Source: Candidatus Methylacidiphilales bacterium (GTDB lineage: Bacteria; Verrucomicrobiota; Verrucomicrobiia; Methylacidiphilales; JAAUTS01). Taken from it: 64,000 nt of DNA. The notes under the pieces are model-generated. The model saw nothing but the letters and a program-made list of their open reading frames with translations, did no database searches and was not told where the DNA came from. The stretch lies in contig JBBSCO010000004.1 in NCBI GenBank assembly GCA_038250235.1, positions 4,645-68,644 on the forward strand, read 5' to 3'. Positions 56,298-64,000 of the stretch are shown here, piece by piece. The first letter of the stretch is position 1; each line of letters starts with the position of its first letter. The position numbers and the translations under genes are program-made.

Positions 56298-57370
56298 GGT
56301 GAACTCCGTTGAATAAAGGCTTGAAGCAGGGCACTGATGCGTTCGTGCTGGCGTTCGGGGCCGAAGTGGTTTTGGACATGGAGCCGAAGGGTGTCTGGGG
56401 ACCATCCGGGCGGGGGCTGGTGGAGGCGGCGTAAGAGTTCGGAAAGGGCGAGGGCGACGGCGGCGGGGTTGCGTGGGTTGACGAGGATGCCGCAGTCGTG
56501 TCCGTCGAAGGCATCGACGGAACCATCGACGGAGCCAGCCAGGATGGGTTTACCGTGGGCCATGGCTTCAAGGAAGACGATGCCAAAGCCCTCGCCCGTG
56601 CTGGGCATAACAAAAGCGTCACAGGCATCATAGGCGAGGGCGCGCTGGTCATCGGACAAAGAGCCGAGGAAGTGAATGCGTGGAGTGAGCTGGCGATCGG
56701 CTGCTTCTTTTCGGAGTGCGACCAGATCGATGCCATCGCCAACGATGGCGTAATGGACATGGGAGGCGGAGGGCCCAAGAGCCTGAAGGGCGGAGAGGAT
56801 TTCCCGATGGCCTTTGTAACGGTCGTCACGCAGGCGGGACACAGTGAGGATAAGAACGGTGTCGAGAGCTAGGCCAAGGCGACGGCGGGCGTCGTCCTTT
56901 GGGGTGAGGTGTGCAGGGATGGATTCCACATGATTTGGCAACAGATCACAACGGTGGGCTAATCCCGGCAGATTGTGCACGAGACGGTTCCGGGTGTGGC
57001 GACTAACGCAAAGGACGCGCTCAGCTCCAAGGAAAGCCTGGGCTTCAGATGATCGACGCAGGCTCCAACATTCGATACCATGGGCACAGATCCAGTAGGG
57101 AATATTGAGAAAATGCAGGAGTGGGGCGATACGAGCCAGCCCCACATGGGTGAAAATGCAGAGGTCGGGGTGTTGTAACGCTCCACCAGCAAAGCGTGAG
57201 AGGAAACGAAGTTTCTCGTTGGTCGTCGAGGGTGAGGGAAATGAAACCTCCTCAAAGGTGCCTGTGAGTGGGGAGTGTTTTAGGGCCTGTGCCAGGAGAT
57301 AGCTGAATTGTTGAACTCCCCCGTGTTCATTTTTATACTCCGGGCAGCAGAATTGGATATGGAGCTTCAT
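56285..57370 (-). CDS. family 4 (GT-B) glycosyltransferase
   Basis: LTVSRLRDDRYKGHREIL, PSTGEGFGIVFLEAMAHGKPILA. ATGA overlap at 57367-57370. Confidence 0.8.
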   Translation of the reverse strand: MKLHIQFCCPEYKNEHGGVQQFSYLLAQALKHSPLTGTFEEVSFPSPSTTNEKLRFLSRFAGGALQHPDLCIFTHVGLARIAPLLHFLNIPYWICAHGIECWSLRRSSEAQAFLGAERVLCVSRHTRNRLVHNLPGLAHRCDLLPNHVESIPAHLTPKDDARRRLGLALDTVLILTVSRLRDDRYKGHREILSALQALGPSASHVHYAIVGDGIDLVALRKEAADRQLTPRIHFLGSLSDDQRALAYDACDAFVMPSTGEGFGIVFLEAMAHGKPILAGSVDGSVDAFDGHDCGILVNPRNPAAVALALSELLRRLHQPPPGWSPDTLRLHVQNHFGPERQHERISALLQAFIQRSSPCAA

Positions 57371-58530
57371 CTGAGTGTCCGGCAGGCCTTCAGTAACCCG
57401 TCCATTGCGGCGTGATAGTTGTGTTTGGACAGTGAGGGTAGGCACGCGTGCTTCCATCGGTCAAGAGTGCCTGGTGAGAGAGCATGGGAAAGAGCTGAGA
57501 CCAGACCGTTGGTTGAGCCTGCGGAAAAAATCAGTCCGTTGACATCGGAACGAACAAGATCCGGAGTGCAGCCGACATGGCCGCTCGTAATAACAGGCAC
57601 GCCACAGGCCAAAGATTCCTGCACGGCCAGACCCCAGGTTTCACCAGGCCCGCAACTCGGCAGGACAAAGAGGTCGGCCATCTGGTAGATGCGAGGCATG
57701 GCACTTTGGTTTTCGGGAGGGTGAAACTTCACGCAGGGGCGCTGGGAGGCTTTGGCGCGGAGGGCAGGTACGAGGGCCCCGGAGCCAACGAAGAGAAGGG
57801 TGGTTTTTTCGGGATTGAGCTGCAGAAACGCCTCAAGCAGACGAAGGGGGTCTTTTTTTGCCTCAAATTTTCCAGCAAAAAGAATGACCCTGTGGTCGGG
57901 TGGAATGCCGAGGGAATGGCGCCAAGAGTGTGCAGCTTCCTGATCCGTGTGGTTGGGCTGAAAGCGGGTTTGGTCAATGGCGTGAGGGCATAAAAAAAGG
58001 CGTTTATCTGGCACGCCGCGGTTCCTGAAATAGGCATGGTTGAGGGTGCCGCAGTAAAGAAAAGCCCTGGCCCGCCGAAAAAGAAGGCGGGCGGCCAGAC
58101 GGGCCAGACAGGATTTTAAACCCGGGGAACGGGCCAGATCGTGGGAGTCCCCCCGGATGATGATGCGCTGTCTAAAATCCCGATGGAGAAGAACCTTGCG
58201 CATGGAATGCCACGAGAAACCCATCAAAAGAACGGCGTCTGGTTTCCAGGCCTGAAGTCGCGGGATGAGATCAGGATTACGAAGGCCACCTGGGTGATGT
58301 GTTCCCGGAGCCCTGGATGTGTTGGGGACAAACTCGTGGTCGTAGCCATCCAACAGTGGAATATCCCAAAGAATTTTCTTTTGAAAGCCGGGATCATGTC
58401 GTGGATTGACCCCAAAATCCCACAGATAAAATACACGAATCTGAAGTCCTGATTCCCGGGCCAGAAGTCGGAACCATGGCGCATAGTATTGAATGGGGTG
58501 TGAGGCAATAATGGCCAGGCGCATTTTCAA
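57367..58530 (-). CDS. family 4 (GT-B) glycosyltransferase
   Basis: ILFAGKFEAKKDPLRLLEAF, PSCGPGETWGLAVQESLACGVPVITS. Confidence 0.75.
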   Translation of the reverse strand: MKMRLAIIASHPIQYYAPWFRLLARESGLQIRVFYLWDFGVNPRHDPGFQKKILWDIPLLDGYDHEFVPNTSRAPGTHHPGGLRNPDLIPRLQAWKPDAVLLMGFSWHSMRKVLLHRDFRQRIIIRGDSHDLARSPGLKSCLARLAARLLFRRARAFLYCGTLNHAYFRNRGVPDKRLFLCPHAIDQTRFQPNHTDQEAAHSWRHSLGIPPDHRVILFAGKFEAKKDPLRLLEAFLQLNPEKTTLLFVGSGALVPALRAKASQRPCVKFHPPENQSAMPRIYQMADLFVLPSCGPGETWGLAVQESLACGVPVITSGHVGCTPDLVRSDVNGLIFSAGSTNGLVSALSHALSPGTLDRWKHACLPSLSKHNYHAAMDGLLKACRTLR

Positions 58531-60086
58531 ACGGAGAGCCTTCGTTTTTTGCTGGTCTCGCGGGGCACGACCTGAACCCAGCGGATAAGTTCCTTGGTGG
58601 GCAGGTTTTTCATAAAGACCAGACTAAAAGCGACCAAGCCGACAAAGGATTGAAAAAGCGAAGTGATAAGCACGCCGAGGGAAAATTCCGTTTGGAAGGT
58701 GGCGCTAACCAGGAGAATGGCTAAAAGAGAGCGGAAAGACAGGAAAGGAAGACCCTGGCTGAACAAAGAAGCCCAGCCCGTCACAAAGCCTATTAAAATG
58801 GCAATGGCGCAGGAGCCGGCAATGCCAAAATTAGCGTAACCTTCATTAAGCAAACCCCAACCAATCGTGGTGCTCATGCTGCTTTCTCGTGTTTGCAGTC
58901 CATAGTGGATATTGATAAGGGTGGTGCCCTCCTGGCTCCAGGCTTTGTCAGGATTGATAAGGCGGGGGATCAGCAGACTGGGAATGAGAGTATAGGTCTC
59001 CCCACCGATGTAGGGATAGCCATGACTGGTCAGGTCCTGGGCGAATAGCAAGAGGTGCATAAGACTGGATCGCTGGAAAGTGCTGGCTTTTTTTTGTTGA
59101 ACCTCCCCAGTGCTTGTCCCTTCTTGTATGACGGTAAGGGAAGAGTCGATCCACAGAGTGTACATACCAGCAACATCAGAGATAGAACGAATGGGGCTTT
59201 CACGATTTTCTCCCCAGTAAGCTTCGCGGACTGGTGCCTTGCCAATGTGAAAAAAAGTAATCACCGTGATGACCAAAGCCACCGCAACCCAGGGAGGCCT
59301 GCGTGATCCCAGCGTGTAGCCACCGACCGAGAGAACGGCGACCGTGAGTGCGTTGATTAAAAGGAGCGTAGCCGTCTGCACGACAAACAGACTGCCAATC
59401 AGAATAACATAAATGACGGCGGAACGTCGGCTAAGTTTTCCGGCACCCATGTGCTGTCCAAGAATGAAGATAGCGAGGGTGGAAATTCCGCCGATGATCC
59501 CCCGTAGGATGGAAAAAAGGCCTCCCGGGATATTCACCCAGGGAACAACCGTATTTGCGGCAAAGAGAAGTGCCAGGAAGATGAAAGCCAACAGGATGCG
59601 GTCGCCGCTGATGGTGGAGAGCTGGCGGCAGGATATGGGTGGTGAGGAGGAGCGATCACCGACCAGTTTCCAGGCAATGGTGCCGCAACAAAGAGCAAGG
59701 GATATGGTAAAGCTTGCATGAAGATGATCGGAGGGCGCGAAGTAGGTGATTCCAGGATGTTCACTCAGCAGGGGGAGTGCGAAAGTCATGTATTGGAACC
59801 CGGCAAAGCAGGGATAAATAGGAATACCCGGGCTTATCCCCTTCGCCCAAATACCGAAGGGGATAAGTGCAGAAACGGTAATAAGCAGATAGGCCAGGTG
59901 CGTTTCCCCGGCATAGTCATTAAAGTTATAGATACTGTAGCCCAAAGCGGCCGCTGCCAAAATCCAGAAAACGGCCATGGTTTGACTGGAATTCAACAAG
60001 GCACGGGTATCCATGATGGCAGTTTCCTGTGGAACCGGAGCGCGCCGATAGCTTGGATACTTTGGTTTGAATCCACTGTTTTTCAT
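58527..60086 (-). CDS. O-antigen polymerase/ligase-like polytopic membrane protein (Wzy/WaaL superfamily)
   Basis: 519 aa, more than 10 predicted TM helices with one larger loop. Located in a glycan cluster. 4-nt overlaps with both neighbours. Confidence 0.55.
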   Translation of the reverse strand: MKNSGFKPKYPSYRRAPVPQETAIMDTRALLNSSQTMAVFWILAAAALGYSIYNFNDYAGETHLAYLLITVSALIPFGIWAKGISPGIPIYPCFAGFQYMTFALPLLSEHPGITYFAPSDHLHASFTISLALCCGTIAWKLVGDRSSSPPISCRQLSTISGDRILLAFIFLALLFAANTVVPWVNIPGGLFSILRGIIGGISTLAIFILGQHMGAGKLSRRSAVIYVILIGSLFVVQTATLLLINALTVAVLSVGGYTLGSRRPPWVAVALVITVITFFHIGKAPVREAYWGENRESPIRSISDVAGMYTLWIDSSLTVIQEGTSTGEVQQKKASTFQRSSLMHLLLFAQDLTSHGYPYIGGETYTLIPSLLIPRLINPDKAWSQEGTTLINIHYGLQTRESSMSTTIGWGLLNEGYANFGIAGSCAIAILIGFVTGWASLFSQGLPFLSFRSLLAILLVSATFQTEFSLGVLITSLFQSFVGLVAFSLVFMKNLPTKELIRWVQVVPRETSKKRRLSV

Positions 60087-61471
60087 GACTTTTTATTTTT
60101 CAGCGGCAACACCTGATCCCAAAGAAGACATTCACTCCGTGCAAGATAGCTGGCAGAGCGCGTTTCGGGAAGCACGGGGGAAGAGGGCAAGGATTGGGGA
60201 TGAGAGAGGATGCTCCTCAGAGTTTCCAAATTTTGTTTGATGTGGCTGTCCGATGAAAAAATCAGAAGGGTGACTCCGGGAATATCTGCAGCCAGGGCGG
60301 CCAGCCTGCTGGAGGCATGGGCCACGATGACAACGGGACGGCCAGCGGCACACACAGTGTTGAGTCGCGAGGGGGCGTAGGCCAGATCATCGGAACCCGG
60401 GATCAAGAGAACATCGGCTGCCCGCATCAATTGGAGCGAGGTAAGATAAGGCACGCGGGTTGTTTCTTCGCAAACGACATCCTGAAGGTTGTGGCGGAGG
60501 GCGGCGGAACTAAGGGATGAAGTAAGGGAGTTTTGATGACCGGCGTAGCTCGTGCCGGTAAAATGGAAGCGCCATGGAAAAACAGTACTCGTTTCCGCAC
60601 GAATGCGCGACACCAGATAAAAAAAAGCATCCAGTGCTGTTTGGAATGCAGGATTGAGAGCTCCCACACAAGCAAACAGATAAGGTGGGGGCAAGGAGCG
60701 CGTAGCGGCGGGGGCGACGGCGAAGTCCTCAATCGGTGTGGCAAAAGGAAGGATGGCGCAGGGCTTGGTTGAAAACCAAGGATAACGGCGGTTCAGCATC
60801 CCGCGGTAATCTTCAGAGACCAAAGAAAAACCTCCAGCTTGTCGAAAGCACCAAGGCTCCAAGTGTGCCGCCAGCCATCGGGCGTAACGGTATTTCCAAC
60901 CTCCTGGTGGGGGAGGGACCCCCGGCTGTTCATAGTAGTCATTGAGCCAAGGATCCTGCAGATCCACAACAAAAGGAATACCAAATCGTTTTTTCCACCA
61001 AGGTCCGAGGGCAAGGATATTAAACTGGGTGGTGCTGAAGACAACGAGATCAAAATGTGAGGATTCGATCAAGCGGCTGCCTGCCAGCGCCAAGTGGGCA
61101 AGGCAGCGCCAACCCAAGGTGCCAACCCCGAGAAGGCGCGACCATTTCAATGGAACAGCATCACAGCGATGAATGGGAATATCACGGGGGAGGGTGGCCA
61201 GGAGGGAGTCATCCCACCAGTCCGGACGATGCTTCGGAGCAACGCAGAGAACTTCAGCTTGCCATCCGTTCCGCGCGTAGTGGGCCAGATTGATGCGGAC
61301 ACGATGGCCATCAGGCGCGTTGATGGGGGCAAAGTGAGGCGCAACGATGAGGACACGTTTCAAGAATTGATCGTCTTTGGTTCCATCACCTTGATATCCC
61401 AGATGTTCCCCTTGGCGCTCATGACAGACGTGGAGGCGGCTACCGTGCAAAAAGATTCCATACGCCGCCAT
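60083..61471 (-). CDS. GT-B-like glycosyltransferase, start uncertain
   Basis: VLIVAPHFAPINAPDGHRV (GT4-like N-terminus) and C-terminal ADVLLIPGSDDLAYAPSRL. The true start is probably near 61354-61363 (TTG/GTG), just after the upstream stop at 61360. Confidence 0.45.
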   Translation of the reverse strand: MAAYGIFLHGSRLHVCHERQGEHLGYQGDGTKDDQFLKRVLIVAPHFAPINAPDGHRVRINLAHYARNGWQAEVLCVAPKHRPDWWDDSLLATLPRDIPIHRCDAVPLKWSRLLGVGTLGWRCLAHLALAGSRLIESSHFDLVVFSTTQFNILALGPWWKKRFGIPFVVDLQDPWLNDYYEQPGVPPPPGGWKYRYARWLAAHLEPWCFRQAGGFSLVSEDYRGMLNRRYPWFSTKPCAILPFATPIEDFAVAPAATRSLPPPYLFACVGALNPAFQTALDAFFYLVSRIRAETSTVFPWRFHFTGTSYAGHQNSLTSSLSSAALRHNLQDVVCEETTRVPYLTSLQLMRAADVLLIPGSDDLAYAPSRLNTVCAAGRPVVIVAHASSRLAALAADIPGVTLLIFSSDSHIKQNLETLRSILSHPQSLPSSPVLPETRSASYLARSECLLWDQVLPLKNKKS

Positions 61472-61992
61472 TGTGCGTCTGTATTGCCAAAACGATGGTG
61501 GGAAATGAAAAAGTGGCCGCCGGGCTTAAGATGGGCGGAGAAGGACTGGAGAAGCGCGCCGGGATCCTGGGCGTAACCGATGCATTCATTGAAGGATATG
61601 GCGTCGAAGGATTCTGCGGGCCGCCAAGTCTCAAAGTTGGCCTCAAGAAATTCCACACCCTGAAGGCCGAGGACCTTGGCCTTGGCGATGCCTTCGGTCG
61701 AAAGGTCAGTCCCCAGGTAGCGGGGGAATTGATAAGGCTGGCAGAGCTGGGCCAGGCGACCACTGCCGCAGCCAAGATCAAGTACAGCGCCCTGGGGATG
61801 AAAATGGCGGATGATACCGGCCAGGACGAGCTGGCGCGGCAGTTCGTCAAAGGAAAAGAAATGGTTCCAGGCACCGCTCCCGTATTCCTTATCGAGAGCA
61901 GTTTTGTCGATGGGACGTCCGAGACCGCGGGGTGCGTCGATCAAGCGGCGTTTAATGTAATGAAGAGATCGCGTGAGGATGTTTGGTTTCAT
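61360..61992 (-). CDS. class I SAM-dependent methyltransferase
   Basis: VLDLGCGSGRLAQL (motif I), AISFNECIGY. ATG 61992 forms an ATGA overlap with the PIG-L gene stop. Confidence 0.8.
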   Translation of the reverse strand: MKPNILTRSLHYIKRRLIDAPRGLGRPIDKTALDKEYGSGAWNHFFSFDELPRQLVLAGIIRHFHPQGAVLDLGCGSGRLAQLCQPYQFPRYLGTDLSTEGIAKAKVLGLQGVEFLEANFETWRPAESFDAISFNECIGYAQDPGALLQSFSAHLKPGGHFFISHHRFGNTDAQWRRMESFCTVAASTSVMSAKGNIWDIKVMEPKTINS

Positions 61993-62735
61993 GATTCGGG
62001 GGGTTGTTTGATTGGAAAAAAGAACTCCCAGGGCCCGAGGCAAAGACGACTGAGAATGGGAGGCAATGAGGAACCGGATTGATGTTGGCTGGCATGGCAA
62101 CGCAACGCCATTTGTTTTTGGGCAAGAAGCGGGCCGAGTCTAAGAAAGCAGGGGGCCGGTTTGCGCAGGGCATGGCGGGCAAAGCGCAGTGGATTCCACC
62201 AGGCCCAGACCGGATATTCCCAGAGTTGTCCGTGCCAGTCCATGGATTGGAGCGCGGAGCGGATGAGATGGTGGGCTGCTTCATGCTCCGTGCTATGGCT
62301 GCCGGAAAAGGGAAGATAGATGGCCAGAGGAGAGCAGGCACGAACCACCCCGTGGATACGCTCGGTCAGGACTTGGATCTCCGCCGGGCTCAGGATGGGA
62401 AGACGACCATCGGGTGCGTTCAGGAAAGAGACGCTTTTGTTATTTAATTGGAGGACGTGGATGGCGGCTAGAGCTTCAGCCTGGCGTGTGAGGGACAGGG
62501 CACGACGGTCTGATTCATTGGCGGAGGTGCCGCCGCTGTCAGTGATGAAAGCCACATGGACAGGCAGTGCGCGGGTCGTGCGAGCGGCAATGAGTCCGCC
62601 GCAGCCAAGCGTTTCATCGTCGGCATGGGGCGCGAAGATGAGGACGGAACCGGTCATAAGTTCGTGGTGTTTGCCCTTAAATCGGAACCAGCGGGCCAGC
62701 ATCCGCGCGAGGATGAGGCGAAAAATATTTTTCAT
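61989..62735 (-). CDS. PIG-L/LmbE family deacetylase
   Basis: VLIFAPHADDETLGCGGLIA, HSTEHEAAHH. ATG 62735 forms an ATGA overlap with the FkbM gene stop. Confidence 0.85.
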   Translation of the reverse strand: MKNIFRLILARMLARWFRFKGKHHELMTGSVLIFAPHADDETLGCGGLIAARTTRALPVHVAFITDSGGTSANESDRRALSLTRQAEALAAIHVLQLNNKSVSFLNAPDGRLPILSPAEIQVLTERIHGVVRACSPLAIYLPFSGSHSTEHEAAHHLIRSALQSMDWHGQLWEYPVWAWWNPLRFARHALRKPAPCFLRLGPLLAQKQMALRCHASQHQSGSSLPPILSRLCLGPWEFFFPIKQPPES

Positions 62736-63427
62736 TCTAAAAGTGGTCGTGCGCAGAGCCAACGGTTATGGGTTATGGGCCGGTATTCCGGAAGAAAGCG
62801 CCGCCACCATGCCGGATGAATGATGGTGACTTCATAACGGAAGCTGGTGAGCAACTCGATGATGCGTGATTCCGCGTCGGGGCTGTGTGTTTCGATAAAA
62901 AAGCGGGGACGGTTTATCTCAATCCAAGCACTGGATTCGGCGAGAATGTCCGCTTCTGGCCCATCCACATCAATTTTGACCAAGGTGGGCCGGGTGGTTG
63001 GGGGAAGATCGCGGGCGATGTCACTGAGTGATTTATTAGGTTTCGGGCCCCCGGTGCCGCAATAAAAAGAAAGAACGGAGAGCGTGCCTGGAATGTCGGT
63101 GTGGTTGAGGCGGACGGCTTCCATGAGATACCCGAGGGCTGTGGGGTCGGGTTCGACGGCGATGACGGGCGCGCCGGGCTGATAGCGTAGAAGGTAGCAG
63201 ACCAATTCGCCATGACCGGCTCCGAGATCGATGAACGAACGGCACCCGTGGATCAGGGATCGTAAAGCCTGGTGGGTTTCCTTTTCGTAAAGACCGAGCC
63301 AGATGAGGGACGCGGAGTGAAGGTCAATCCTCATCCGTAGACCCCGGTAAAGTCCGCTGAGAATGGTGCGCGGTGGATTACCTGGGGGAAGCGTATTTTT
63401 AAGAAATGAAAGCAACGGACGGATCAT
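62732..63427 (-). CDS. FkbM family methyltransferase
   Basis: FIDLGAGHGE, LVKIDVDGPEADIL, FFIETH. Confidence 0.8.
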   Translation of the reverse strand: MIRPLLSFLKNTLPPGNPPRTILSGLYRGLRMRIDLHSASLIWLGLYEKETHQALRSLIHGCRSFIDLGAGHGELVCYLLRYQPGAPVIAVEPDPTALGYLMEAVRLNHTDIPGTLSVLSFYCGTGGPKPNKSLSDIARDLPPTTRPTLVKIDVDGPEADILAESSAWIEINRPRFFIETHSPDAESRIIELLTSFRYEVTIIHPAWWRRFLPEYRPITHNRWLCARPLLE

Positions 63428-63555
63428 AGGGTAGAGGAATTAGTGAAGGAAATGATTAAGGAATCGAGTTGTCTGCAATCATGCAAGGAGCGTGCTAACT
63501 GCTGCACGCAGGCGGCAAGGGAGCTGGTAAAAACGGCGAAGGACATGGTGGAAAG

Positions 63556-64000
63556 TCAGTTTTTCAGGGCTTCACGAACGGATTGAAGCAGTTCGTGTTT
63601 TTCCCTGTCCCAGTTGTAGTATTTTTTCGCCAATGTCGCTGCAGTTTTGGCAGCGTTAATTCTTCGTGCGTGATCTTGTCGGAAATGCTCGAGCAAGGTG
63701 GCTGTATCCCTGATGTTATTGATATCGGCTAGGATGGCGGCATCTGCCAAATCAGGTGCTAGATCAGCCTGGGCCCGCGTGGGGGTCATTAACTGGGGAA
63801 TACCCGCCAGGAGATAGGTGAAGATTTTATTGGTGAGGCAAAGATCACGATTGCATGGCTCTGCTTCTTCCACGGAAAGGCCCAGATCTGCATCGGCGGC
63901 GAGCCTCGCCATCTCCGAAGGGAGGGCTGGAGAGAGCGCTTCAATCAGCCCGGCACGTCCGTGGCCTGCGGCCCGGTCCTGGAGTTGGCCCAAGTATCCG
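63556..64000 (-). CDS. glycosyltransferase (GT-B) C-terminal part. The gene continues beyond the right edge.
   Basis: The frame is open to base 64000. NKIFTYLLAGIPQLMT is typical of the GT-B C-terminal domain. Confidence 0.5.
   Translation of the reverse strand, partial: GYLGQLQDRAAGHGRAGLIEALSPALPSEMARLAADADLGLSVEEAEPCNRDLCLTNKIFTYLLAGIPQLMTPTRAQADLAPDLADAAILADINNIRDTATLLEHFRQDHARRINAAKTAATLAKKYYNWDREKHELLQSVREALKN

Overview
This is a GC-rich bacterial chromosomal segment. The gene content (exosortase, many Gfo/Idh/MocA oxidoreductases, a DUF4388-FHA protein, SHD1-like secreted proteins) suggests a Verrucomicrobiota/PVC-type genome, but that is inference only. I found no rRNA, tRNA, CRISPR array, transposase or integrase. 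The housekeeping backbone is prfC, rmuC and scattered purine genes (purK-purE, purM, purH, purD), plus one 725-aa ORF that fuses a YwlE-type phosphatase, RpiB and serine hydroxymethyltransferase. The main blocks are listed below.
- 1-4.4 kb: type III PKS, NIF3 and an exosortase-EpsI fusion.
- 4.6-8.1 kb and 14.4-17.8 kb: a circularly permuted ATP-grasp/alpha-E/transglutaminase system. Its large DUF2126 component is separated from the rest by 6.3 kb of decayed or accessory DNA.
- 17.8-21.2 kb: a Gfo-Gfo-AraC cassette bracketed by a 125-bp direct repeat that duplicates the 5' end of the DUF2126 gene.
- 23.3-25.9 kb: a stand-alone OLD-type ATPase-Toprim nuclease next to an AT-rich gene for a membrane protein with LRV repeats.
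- 28-36 kb: vapBC, a 44-bp perfect palindrome, and a set of degraded genes (unknown gene, PIN remnant, Fic).
- 51.5-64 kb: a 12-gene, translationally coupled glycan/EPS cluster on the minus strand.

A short tandem octamer motif ending in TTAACGCAAAG (plus-strand spelling) recurs just upstream of several minus-strand genes. Many long ORFs in the track are antisense artefacts of the high GC content. All calls rest on motif recognition by eye, with no database searches.
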